A DNA stretch of 59,040 nt, the filler included, from Sphacelaria rigidula (Eukaryota), in assembly GCA_964200075.2 (NCBI GenBank). It is 4 parts of 4 records of this genome, joined end to end, with 100 filler letters (N's around TTAATTAATTAA, not from the genome) between each part and the next. Parts side by side here need not be neighbours in the genome. Positions count along the whole stretch, not along the records: positions 1 to 14,690 come from CAXNAA020002096.1; 3 more parts are not named here. One strand, written 5' to 3'. Below are positions 1 to 11,700 of the stretch, piece after piece (position 1 is the stretch's first letter; each line of letters starts with the position of its first letter). Position numbers and translations under genes: made by a program. A model generated the notes under the pieces. The model was given only the letters and a program-made list of their open reading frames with translations. It was not told the DNA's origin and did not search any database.

Positions 1-411
1 TTGAGTTGCATCAGGTCTACAATAACGTAATTGGGCACAATCGCTGAAAGTGTGGGGAAAGCACTGTTTTAGGTTTGAACCTCATCTCGAAGTTAAACTT
101 CAATTCGCACAACTTGTTGTTTTTTGTTTCACCGTAGCTCTACGGTTTTCTTCCTAATACCCTTGCTTTGCGCGGTTCGACACCGGCTGTCGTAATTTGT
201 GTTTTTCTAAGCCCTTGTAATTTCAGTCCTTGATTTTCACTTGATAGTTCTATACACGATTTATCGGTGTGATCTACACACTCGGGTAATTAGACAGCTT
301 CTTGGACAGCTGTTTTTTCAGTTGCAGTTTGACAGACGTTCCGACTCGACTCTAGCTGCAGGTCCTCGATGTGTCCTACAGTATCCACGCTGGTTTTATG
401 CAATGGCGACC

Positions 412-624
412 GTGTAATTCGTGAGAGGACCGCGTGCTTAGAGAACTGCATCGGAATTTGAATATCTCTGTGGTTAGGGTTAGGGTTAGGGTTAGTGTCG
501 GGGTTATGGTCAGGGGCGTAGTACCTGCAGGGACTCGCCCGATTGGTTTTGAAAACCGTCGATCCTGAGGTGCTTTGAACCACGGCGCGGTCCTCTAAGC
601 ACGCAGCCCTCTCACGCATAACAG
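412..624. mobile_element. MITE-like element with internal telomere-type (TTAGGG)n repeat, copy A
   Basis: ~35-bp imperfect TIRs (GTGTAATTCGTGAGAGGACCGCGTGCTTAGAG / CTCTAAGCACGCAGCCCTCTCACGCATAACAG). GGTTAGGGTTAGGGTTAGGGTTAG lies at 472-495. Homologous copies at 30010, 31630 and 42611. Confidence 0.8.
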
Positions 625-1292
625 ACCGAACCATCAGGCGCGTGAGGTACGCGCACGCACGCAAGCCCCATCTTGCGGCACAACCAAACTCCCCCCCACC
701 TGCAGGTCATATCGACGGCGCAAGTCAACCTACTGTGGCGGATGCGCTCTCTCTGGTAACATTATGCACTGCACAGAGAACGCTATGCGTCTTCATGCAT
801 GCTCGATCTGAAATGCTGTTTCCTTTTTCACCCACGGGCGGTTCTCTGAAACTCCAGCCGCTCACATGTTATTTGTTTAGATACGCCTCTCACGGGCCCG
901 TAGCTTTTTTAACGCTCCCCCGACCACGTGCCCCCGCCAGCACCCGCCGCTCAGCGCCCGTCGATCCTGTATTAACCACACCGGCCGACATGTACGAAAC
1001 ATCTGCCGATCTACTCACATCCAGGGCGTCCGAGGGCTATTTTAATCGCAGCCCGCTGAACAGACGGTTTCTTTTTCCCGAACACGGAACGTTGAGCCCA
1101 CCTTGCACACCGATTCATATCGATGTGACATAATAGGCCAGGAAAAAGATTTTGTCGCTACACAAGCATGATTGAACACGGGCGAGGCTCATGTTACTTG
1201 TACACAAGCTCCCGATTTCTGCTTTGCCACTGTTACACGGAACCAATGTACACCACAGTTTGATTATTGCCCCACCAAACAGCCACCACAGC

Positions 1293-3640
1293 TATGGGCG
1301 CGCCTGACCCCCCAAACTGGGCAAAAAACGTGTCACCGACCAATATTACGAGAAGACACGAACATATCGACTTTTGGAGCTTATCTAGGCTCGTCGGGTA
1401 AAATTGCCCGACGTCATCGGAAGAGAACGACATGGATCCAAAATTCATATAGAGCGCCCTACCGTTTCTTCCGTTGTTGTTCCTCATCTATTGCATGCCA
1501 CTGCGTAGTATTTTCGTCCACGCTTGCGATACGCTGGAATGTCAAAGGCTATTATAGTTGGGTTGAACCAACCCAACCCAGACCGAGAACCCTCGGGCAA
1601 GGGCGGCACGTACATTCTCTGAACAAAGTGAGGCCCTGGGAGACCCCAAATCTGCGCCTGTGGCGCCGTTATATAAAAAAACACGTTCTGCTCACACGAG
1701 GAGCCCACGGGACTGTCAGTGCTACTTGAATTCCGATTCTCGTTGTACACACTCAAACTAAGTAATACCAACCATGAACATTTGTAGCCCAACGCCTGAA
1801 GCGGGAACGCTGAACCATCTATTTTTGCAAAATCATATGCTCAATATGCGACAGAACCATACGTACTGATGAACTTCGACGAGGATGGCCCTTACACAGA
1901 CGAGTGGAGTACAGTCGCCGGGTGTGTCATGTAGGCTGGGCGGATGTTGGTCGACTTCCTCGTCATGTTTTGAGGAGTTCGATTTATCGGATCCCATCAT
2001 TCTCCAATTTAAGCGGATGAATGACTCGCCCTATGCAGGCGCATTTGTTGTTCCGCGGGTATGCATTTTTCATTTCATGAATATGCATGAGTTTCATCGG
2101 ACTCCTAGGATATCGTGTTGCAAGAGGGAATAAAAACAAACCGTCGGTCGTCACCCACCACTGCCGATACAACGGACGCGTGTCTTAGGACGGGTTAGTG
2201 CACTGAAAGACATGAATGGGGCTTCGGTTCCATGTGGCTTCAGCAAAAGTGGACTGACGACTTTATGCTGTCCTCTGTGTCGTCTTGACGCAGTATAGTT
2301 GACCATTCGGGAGGGTAAGTTGATCCATTTTGATTTTATTGTCAACACCGAAATCCGGATCTTTTCATGGAAAGCTATGCTTCAAGCATGCTCCTAGCGT
2401 GCCCACAACGCGTTCTTATCTGAATCGGGGCCTGGGGCAACGATTTGAGGTCTGGCAACGCACTCTTCGCTTAGGGAACACGTTGCACCCGCCTTGCCCG
2501 AGGATTCTCGGTATGCCCTTGTTGTGGTTAGGGTTAGGTTTGGTGTTATAATTTGTCCGCTTCGCTGCCACAAGATCGCAACGATGATTCTTATTGAAGT
2601 GTGTTGCCATTGCGGATACTGCTCTCTCCTCTTGAACGCCAGCTTGCTCTGTGGCTTTCTTTTCTCCTTCAGTTCAGAGGTTGTCCACACTTGCCTCCAG
2701 GTAAGATTAGATACAAAGCTACGCTATCGATGGTGGCGTGGTGATGACACCGGGTGCAGGAGAACGAGCGCCATCTTTGCCACTATCACAAGCGATGCAC
2801 AGATGGGGGTATATATCCGCAGACACGGAAGCCTCTAGGGGTTCGGTCGAAGGTTCAAATTCTACACCTGCCGAACATTCCACACATGTGATATATCAAC
2901 CATCTGCAGTATCAAAAGTCATTCATGGTTGTAATCTATTCTGAGGCCCTTGGACAGGGGTGAGGTTTTTGCATGTCGTGGAAACCGGCAAGTGTTGGAG
3001 GCGCTGGTTTGCGCTCATAGCCCAAACGGTTGCTCTCATTACTCATCGCCAAGGCGATCGATTAGGATGCGTTTTTTTGCATCATCTGCGCCAAGACGGC
3101 AGCTACAAATCGGGATTCGAGTTTTATAACAAATTAAGTGAATAAACACTTGGGTTTTTTGCGATATCCTCGATCACCGTAACTCCTTTGGTTCCTCAAT
3201 GCTATCAGACTGCAGCTTGGACCAACACACCCCGGTGAGTAGCCTAGGCACGCCGTGGTTCGTAGCCCGGGACGACGATAATGGGAAATCGTCGAGTGGA
3301 AACCCCACTCGAATTACAAGTACTTTGGGGAATTTTACGGCGTGCATAATCAGGGGGAGGGGGGGGGGGGGGGGGACACATTTTTTGTGTTTGTGTTCGT
3401 TTTTTGCCTTGAGCCCTCATCGCGTTTGAGGGGGGGTGCAGCGTATGTTGAANNNNNNNNNNCGTACTAATTTGTTGCTTGCCTTAGTCGTTTGACCATT
3501 GACCACGCATCGCTTTCGAGACGGAGCAACGTGCATAATCAAGGGTGCATAATCAGGGGATGAACGAGATCTCCGGTCTGTTCGTGCTTTTGGTCGGTGA
3601 CACTTTTTTTGCCCATTTTGGGGGATTAGGCGCGCCCATA
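1293..3640. mobile_element. Pair of ~50-bp inverted repeats, possibly the ends of a non-autonomous DNA transposon
   Basis: 1293-1343 (TATGGGCGCGCCTGACCCCCCAAACTGGGCAAAAAACGTGTCACCGACCAA) is the near reverse complement of 3590-3640, with TA at both outer ends. No transposase is recognisable inside, and there is a 10-N gap at 3453-3462. They could be two independent insertions. Confidence 0.45.
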
Positions 3641-4668
3641 ACAGTACGTTCTAATCGCCAAAGTGCGGCGTACCTCTTGCGTTGAAATTTTGTTTCGAAA
3701 GGAGATACTGTCCACAGTATAGTGCCGTTTGAATTACAAGTGGTCTCGGCGGGCAATATGTTTGCGGACGGTGAGGTGCCGCGCTGTAGCATACGTTGGT
3801 ACTGCTGCACTCTCTGAACAAAGTAATCTTTATTGCATTATAGATATGAACACGGCGCGGGTATAGCGCTGTGCCGGGTGTTCTTCGTGTGTTACGAATT
3901 GACGTTATTACTGCACTGTTGACCCAACCCTTCGCTGCACCACGCGAAGATCATAAGTACTGTACTGTGCCACCGAGCATTTCGCTGTCTGGTGCTTTGT
4001 ACGTTGCTGTTTGTACTACACTACATCTCTGTACTACGGTTGTGCTTGTACATCTATGAATTGTCTACCTGTACGATGTATATCACCGAGGCCCCAACTC
4101 GGCTATTTTCAGCGAACTACGCGGTACTGTATTGAGTATCGCCCGCTGCGCTAGTATTGCCTCTGGAAATACGGCATCCGACAGTTGTTTTTTTCTCAAC
4201 CTCAACATGTTCTCAAAACAAAACTGGGTGGTTTGACATTGCTGTTCGCTGCGCCCCACATGTATGTCCCTTCATGGCATAAAGGTTTGTCAAATGCGCT
4301 GTTGCGCTGGTGACAAACACTGTATGTCTGTGTTTTCGTGACAACCGTCGTTTTCTGCTTGTCTCTTTTTTCCCAGTTTATTCACCAAAACACACCAAAA
4401 TACTGTTTGTTGTGTGCCTTCTACATTTTTTTCCTCCTTTTGTCTGCACCTGATTGAAAAGGTGGTAGACCGCATGCATATGCGGAGTGCGCGGAGCTAC
4501 ATGTCGATCAAAAACTGTCGACGGTACCCTGCCACTCTATTCCTCTCGTTTTTGTTCACGCCGCCTCAGTCCCCAACAACTATGCGTACTCCCACGACGA
4601 GACGTTCACTTTTCAACCTTCGCATCTTTTCGTTACCGGTCTTGCGTAATTGGGCAAGTATACAAGCC

Positions 4669-5565
4669 ATGTCTGATACCAACCGCCCCTCGACTTCATC
4701 TGAGCGCGATGTCACGAAGGACGGTGCGCTCCCTCCATCAGTGGTAAAACAACCGTACGGTAACCCATGCGTAGTGAGACGGTTGGCACCAACGAACCGG
4801 AACGTTTCGATGCCGTTGAAAGCGTTTTTGCAGGACATTTTTTCAGGGATGTGGCTAGATATTTCGATGAGGACCGTAGTTCTCTCGGCCATGCTCACCC
4901 CACCTCCTTCAGTGAACATACCACTATACACCAATCAGCCACTCAAAGCGCTGACGGTGTTCCCACTCTTCATTCTCAGATGGCATCTCTCCACGTCAGC
5001 CTTAATGCTACGAAAACCTTTCCTGACGATGACCTCCGCACCCAAACCGGTGCTGAACCCTGTAATCGCCCCACTCTGGCTGTTGATGACCAACCCAAGC
5101 CAGAACAATCCCCGCCCACGCGTGACGAAGCATATTTCCAGCTTAAGCAGACTGGCCCAGCGTTCATCCCAACGCGACGTTGGTTCAACTTTTCAGTGAC
5201 TGAACAAACTGAATGCTGGAACCAGATTCGGAGCAACGACCTAGCACAGCTTGAACGTGCGTTGAGAGAGTTGGAATTTGCCCGCCTCCAGGCGGGTCAA
5301 CATGAGGGTTTTTTCAGGGGTGCAGAGCCCGCGCAGGTCCCCCGGACGATAGATGTCCATCCCGAGAAAAGCCAACGGAACAAAGCGAACTAGAGCGCGC
5401 GATACGCGAATCAACGAAAGCTTTGGAAATTGCGGAGCGAGAATGTACACTGATGACACAAAGACATTCAGACGCTTCGCACCATTTTTCCCTACGTTGG
5501 CAAACATGGCAGTCACAACTCCGTTCGTGCGGTCGCTCACACCGCTAACGTCGTCCAACGCCTAA
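4669..5565 (+). pseudogene. gag: Gypsy gag-like ORF remnant (frameshifted)
   Basis: Overlapping long ORFs (ATG at 4669; 4767-5393; 5353-5565) lie directly upstream of the protease. The call is mostly positional. Confidence 0.5.
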
Positions 5566-6479
5566 CCCACCTGACCTGGCACACTTTCAACCACATGCAC
5601 CGGCCCACTCACAAAACGGTAGACGTTTATTCATAACATAACTAGTGCTGCGGCTGAACCCCACCAGGACGGTACCCACACGACACTGATGAAAACCTTA
5701 GAGTGGAACAGGCCCGTACTCCCCAGGTTTCGAACAGATCGTTACTGCTCCCTGACCACCCCTCGTGCACTGCGTTAGAACCCACTTTCGATGAAGCGTC
5801 GCCGTCTGTAGGGACAGAGACTTCGCCGACTCATGGACGTTCGCATCCTGGTCATGAAGACACCTCAACCGTGTGTTTGTCACCAGGCAGACAAAGTGTT
5901 ACGCAAGAAGACTCGTCTCTTAACTTGCTCACGTTGGCCCCTTCAATAGATGCCGGGTCGAACAGCACAGCTCAAACAACCCCGTCCTGACGAATCGTCC
6001 CCAAAACCTTCCATGTTGACCTCAACTAACGACGGTATTGAGTTGATTGGCGTATCAAACTCAACACCGCACCGTGATGTATCGTTCCCCGTTCTGACCA
6101 AGCTGGATAATGTCCAAGCTGGATAATGTAATTGATCCCGCTTTGCACAATAACGATCCGCCCCCTCTGTGTTGGTCAAAAAGGGTGAAACACCACGCAC
6201 AAATCAATTGTCGGGTCCAACCACAACAACTGCCCTTCCCCGGCATCGCCCCTCCGTTGCAGTATATGAGATTCAACCCTCGACTGATGAGACAAATATT
6301 TCAGGCACAAACACTGACACTCCATGCACGCACCATCCTTCCGACCAAAAGCTTGTCCCACAGGATCACCACGAGTGTATTTTAGCACCTTCGTTCAAAC
6401 TGCAAAGCAGGGTGTGTCAGATGTCTTACTCGAATTCGGGCCCGATCTCGTCAGTGGTACTGCAACTATAGATGGTGAT

Positions 6480-6830
6480 TCCTTCACAATTAAGATAAGT
6501 TTACATAATGGAGCGCGCGCAAACGGTCATTTGATACCGCTTGCACTCCCAGACTCAGGTTCGCCTCAAACGTTAATTACAGCCACCTGCTGGCAACAGA
6601 TGATCAACGCGGGCGCGGCGGATGAGCATTGTCTGTCCACCGTGCACCCTCGTGTTTTTGGTGGGTTTGGTTCATCCACGTCTCTGACGGTTAATCAATC
6701 GGTGAGACTAAGTGTACGATTCTACCAGGATATTACTCCCACTACTCGGTTATCCGTATGAGCACTAACTGTGCCCGACGGTTCCATGTACTTTGATGTT
6801 TTGTTGGGTCGAGATAGTTGGCTTCGTTTT
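6480..6830 (+). pseudogene. Retropepsin-type aspartic protease remnant
   Basis: ALPDSGSPQTLI (D-S-G at 6552-6560) and the downstream flap/C-terminal motif FDVLLGRD. Confidence 0.8.
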
Positions 6831-7554
6831 TCCTCACACACGTATACGTCGGACTCACCTGTCTCGAACCGTCCAGTCACAGGCAAACTGTCACTGGGTC
6901 ACTTCGACACTGATTCGGGAGCTCATGCCTGCAAGGATGACCCCACGCAAACAGGTAATGCTTGCCGTCTGTACTATGTTGGTGAACCTGTAGTCTCGCT
7001 TTCTCGTGAACACCAACTTATCCATGTGAACCTCGTGAGACGCAATGGATCGATTTGCTCAAATGTGACCAATCACAGGTTGGTCTGTTTGAACAGACCG
7101 AAGTCTTTGTTCATGAAGGTAGGCAGGCCATTTACCTCACGTCATGTTTCGATTACTCAAAGGACAGTCGTCGGGTTATGCTCAAGCGCCTCTCGTACGA
7201 ACTGCCCTGCCAGACGTGTGCCCCCCTGCGGAAACCAACTTGTCAACCGACCCCCCGAACATCACGGGTCCCCCTCCGCTACACATGCCTGACCCTATGT
7301 TGGTGACAAACCTACCAGATGCGCCTGAACCAAAATCCCCATCTACATTACTGGATAGGTTTCCCCCAAAACAACGCGCCAGTTTTCAAAAGTTGTGGGA
7401 TGCCATCCACCCTCATTTGCGGCATATTGTTTTCTGCCTATCCGGCGATGGATGGACACCCACTGTAACCGATAGATTGAGATCCATCTTGATTAGATAT
7501 TCTGAACGGTTTCTTACTGCACCCTTGGATTTAGGTCGATGTACCACGACACCT

Positions 7555-8850
7555 TTCAAGATCAAAATCCCTGATGGCACTCCGCCTATCGCTATGCTTC
7601 CGTACCGTACGATCCCCCTCTTCGCGGATAAGATCCAGGTAATCCTCGATGGTTACTCACCCGCCGGTTTTATTCGGCACTCGACGTCTCCGTGGGCCTC
7701 GCCTTTAGTAGTCGTCCGTAAGAAAAATGGCAAAATAGGGTTGACGGTTAATTATTAACGATTGAACGCTGTCACTAAACTCGCCAGGCTGCCACTTCCA
7801 CAGATTGATGAAATTATTGACTCTCTCGGCGGGGGTAAGGTATTTTCGAATTTTGACATGCAGTCCGGCTACCACCAACTCGTGATGGATCTGAATTCCA
7901 TTGAACTGGCAGCGTTTTGCACGTCACCAGGTTTGTAGGAGTGGCTGGTTACACCACAAGGTGCCGCCGGAGCTCCAGGTGCGTTTCAACGTGTAATGTT
8001 CCGTGTGACTGATGGATTGCCCAAATGCAATATGTACCTTGATGATGCGGTGTGCCATGCCTCCAAAACCACCGAACACTACGAACAGTTGGCATCATTC
8101 TTGAATCGGTTTAAACAACACAACTTATAACTCGCCCTCCCCCAAATCCCGTGTTGGCGCCACGAAAATTGAGTTCTTGGGTCATTGCATGACCCCTGAA
8201 GGTCGTAGCCCAAACCTCGAGAAGGTCGCCGCACTCGCCGATATGCCCATGCCACGGGACATTTCTCAACTGCGTTCCTTGTTGGGAGGTCTAAGCTACT
8301 ACAGACAGTACTTGCCAAACCTTGCCCAGAAGCTAAAACCCCTCATCACCCTCCTCAAAAAAGGGGTGAAATTTGTGTTCACATCGGAAATGGAAACAAC
8401 CGTCCGCCGTCTTCTTGACACCCTCTCGCGCCCGCCGATTCTCGTCTTCCCCGACTGGTCGGCAGCGGAACAAGGTTTCTGCCCTTTCCGTCTCCACACA
8501 GAGTCTTCCAAAATTAGATTTGGCTGCACATGAGAACAGGAGCAAGACGATGCTACTGTTCGTCCCATTGTATATCTGAGTCGCACCACTTTTCCAAGTG
8601 AACAGAATTGGTCTGTCATGGAATAAAAGGCCGGCGCAGCTGTTTGCGGCGCGCGACGTCTGCGTCAGTATTTGTATGGCATCCCGTTTGTGATTTATAC
8701 GGATCATGATTCTTTGGAAAGCCTCGCCAAAATGGCGGAACACAACGCTAGGGCACAACGCTTGTTCGAAATCCTCTCGTCTTTCAACTTCCAGTTGAAA
8801 TATCGCACAGGCCCGCAAAATGCAAACGCCGACTTTCTGTCACGCTTGCC
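7555..8850 (+). pseudogene. pol: Gypsy reverse transcriptase and RNase H remnant
   Basis: RT motifs: STSPWASPLVVVRKKNG, FDMQSGYHQ, PQG, YLDD (8035-8046), LRSLLGGLSYYRQY. RNase H motifs: RPIVYLSR, FVIYTDHDSL, NANADFLSRLP. In-frame stops occur (e.g. 7756, 7937). Confidence 0.95.
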
Positions 8851-9889
8851 CACACCGGCTCAACCTATCGATGAATCCCCCATGGTACGTATCGCCGATC
8901 CCACCGAAGACATTGTATATTTCATAAGCAGAAATGGACAGGTCTCTACAAACCACTTTCACTGAGAAAAAATCCGGCTTTAGGCATGGGTGGGCTGATG
9001 ACCGCAGCCCACGCATCACTTCTTGGCAGCTTGAAACCTCAATCGTTGTACTCAGTTTGGAATGGACTGTCTACGAATACCGCTGGCTATGATCATTTTC
9101 GAGCAACTGGCCAGCGCATGGTTTTCGCAGCAGGTGTAGAACCGTCCTTTGCTGACTCCGTCTTACCAGTTCAAGTTCGAGATTTGATTTCGATGGGACT
9201 CGTGCGCGACGGACCGCCGAAACGGCCACCAAATTAGTCGTATCTGGTCCTGACCTTCCCCTCCCTGCCCCCACCCCGGTCCCCGATAGTTTCCTTGCGC
9301 CTCCTCAACCTCCACGACGCAAGGCCGCCAGAAAATCGACTCCGACCGTGCCGTCCCTGCCAACCATAGCCGAAGCCACGGCTATACCCCCCTCCCTTGG
9401 TGATGATGATGCAAACATCACCACAACACCCACCACGCTAATCGACGCAGGAGTAGACGTCAACGTGACGTCTGAGAATACACCACCTGATAGGCTCACC
9501 CTTGATTCCGACGTTACCGCTTCGTGTCACCCCCATCCCGAACCGACCCAACGCGAAGTAGACGCTTCAACAGATGGCGTATTCAAGGAAAGTTTGACTC
9601 TCTCCTCCCACGCTGATTGGGCCCGGGAACAACAGGCAGAACCTGCTTGTGAATCAGCTATCCATTATCTATCCAAAGGTTGCCCATGTCCATTCTCAGA
9701 AGCTGAATTCCTTTCGCCCGTCGGGAATCTCAAAGCCCCCACGCAGAATGAAGTTACTGAACTTGCGCGGAAAGGTATGCTGCATATGGATGGTGATGGT
9801 ATAGTTATGTTGGTTCGCCGGCCCACAGCGGCCCTCCCCAGGGGAAATCCTACGAGTCGACGTGCCCGCTTGCTAGGTGATGAACCCAT

Positions 9890-10690
9890 CCGCATCTATG
9901 TCTCGATGCCCCTGCGCCCATGGGTTTTACACGAATGCCACTCACAGGCATCGACTCATTTAGGCGCCATTAGGACTTCCCAGATGTTGGAACGTTTTTA
10001 TTGGTGGATTTGTATGGATCAGGCGCGCTAACTTCCAGTCAAACAGTTCGTTGGCCGGTGGTTTCCATGCCACTCTCAAGCGGGCCTAGTGAAGTAGTTT
10101 CGTGGGACTATTGTGGTCCTTCGCCCCTAACGGATAGTGGTGATAAGTGTATTTTGTTGTTTACGGATAGATTTAGTCGGCATGCGGTGATGCACGCTGT
10201 CCCTGCCAGTAGCTATAGCGCGGAAGGTGCCGCCAACATTCTTGTATATATGTATATCCCACGGTGGGATGTGCCCAAACGCTTACTGTCTGACAACGGC
10301 CCGCATTTTTCAGGCAAACTTTCAGCCGCCGTCAGTAACCGTTTGGGTGCCCATCGCATTTTTACTAGTTCATATCACCTTTCCAACAATGGTGGAACGG
10401 AACGAGTGAACCATACGATGGCACAGATGCTTGCTGCTGTCGCAAATGAGAGACAGATGGACTGGGATCTGCACCTGCCCCTTGTCCAAATGAACTCTAA
10501 CAATTCAGTCAATGCCGCTACGGTATTGTCACCGAATGAAATTCATATTGGTCGCATGCCTAGGTTATCTTTAACGGTATTCGAATGCGAAAATACAGGC
10601 AGACATCAGAGTCTGGATCGTGATGTTGTAGAGTATCATTTGTCGGTAAGCAACCGTCTTCGTCTTGCATATGAGGTGGTACGAGAATAG
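9890..10690 (+). pseudogene. Gypsy integrase remnant (partial HHCC and DDE core)
   Basis: HECHSQASTHLG...RFYWW, then SWDYCGP, FTDRFSRH, LLSDNGPHF, NGGTERVN. The CC half of the zinc finger appears deleted near 10030. Confidence 0.93.
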
Positions 10691-11160
10691 AACCAAATCA
10701 ATTTGGCCAAGGTGACCTGGGCGAACTCGATGTTGGATGATGTGGTACATACCCGCCCGGTGTGGAACGTAGGCCAATGAGAATGGGTATATAACGATGT
10801 AAAGATCATCAATCAAGGGGCTAGCTCAAAATCATCCTCTTTGGACAAAGTGTTGAAGGCGAAACTATCCTTGAATTGGACTTGTTCTTGGGAAACTTTA
10901 GCTGTTGGTCCAAGCGCTACCGCACCCGACAAGAGTCTGGTGGGAGCGAAACGTTTGTATTTGGATTTTCCCACAGATGAACCTGGTATGAAACCGAAAA
11001 ATTGAGCCTCTCGATGCTACGATACAAACCGTGTATCCCCCCTCATGACTCCTCGAACATGCCCAAACAACTGCCGCTGGGGCTTAGCCAGTATGTGTTG
11101 ACCAAGTATGCGATTAAAACTCCACCGTATCATATGACGGTCGAGGATGCGGGCGCACCC

Positions 11161-11322
11161 CTGGAACGGGTTGCGGTAGATAGGATTTCGGGCCATCAAC
11201 TGGTTCGCGGTCGTGGAGGTAAGATAGCGGTAATGTATCAAACATATTGGAAAGATATCATGTGTTTTACATGGGAGCGTGAAGTTGATTTACGTCATTT
11301 TCGTCGAGTAATATTGCTGTGC
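11161..11322 (+). pseudogene. Integrase C-terminal chromodomain
   Basis: VAVDRISGHQLVRGRGGKIAVMYQTYWKDIMCFTWEREVDL matches the chromodomain pattern V-e-k-I...Y-x-x-x-W-x-G...tWE-p-e-x-n-L. Confidence 0.8.
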
Positions 11323-11502
11323 TAGGTAGGAGATGCCGTCCAACACCGCCCGTTGAATAAAATATACAGGTCGATGCGCAAGAGAGCTGCCGCCCGGTAA
11401 CTGGCACGAGAGCCCTCGGCGCGATTTTTCATAAGATGATATTATGGCCTTCTTTCGCATTCACAATACATGCAGTTTTTTCACGGACAACGCTTGCCGA
11501 AG

Positions 11503-11700
11503 GGGGAGTACTTTTGGTATAAGGCCTTGGATTCACTGTGGTGGTTAGGTAAGATTTTTTTGGTCGATCCTGCATCTGACGACCCCTACTTTATCCGTTT
11601 CGTCGATGACCCGAGCCTCCTAAAGATTCGCTCGGATGATGCCTACTACACTGAGGTGCCAACCGCCCGCCGGGGATCCTGGTGCCTCCAACGACACGAC
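11503..11700 (+). pseudogene. Second C-terminal domain, Tudor/PWWP-like (Royal family) by pattern
   Basis: GEYFWYKALDSLWWLGKIFLVDPASDDPYFIRFVDD resembles PWWP/Tudor G-d-l-v-W-a-K...WW-p-a-k-I...Y-l-V-r-F. It is in the same frame as the chromodomain, separated by a linker with three stops. Confidence 0.55.

Noticed and set aside
472-495. TTAGGG tract as a true telomere or chromosome fusion scar
   Set aside because: Only 3-4 units, and embedded in a TIR element found in several copies.
3830-4185. Candidate 5' LTR of the Gypsy element
   Set aside because: No similarity to the sequence after the candidate PPT at 12839, so the LTR pair cannot be supported.
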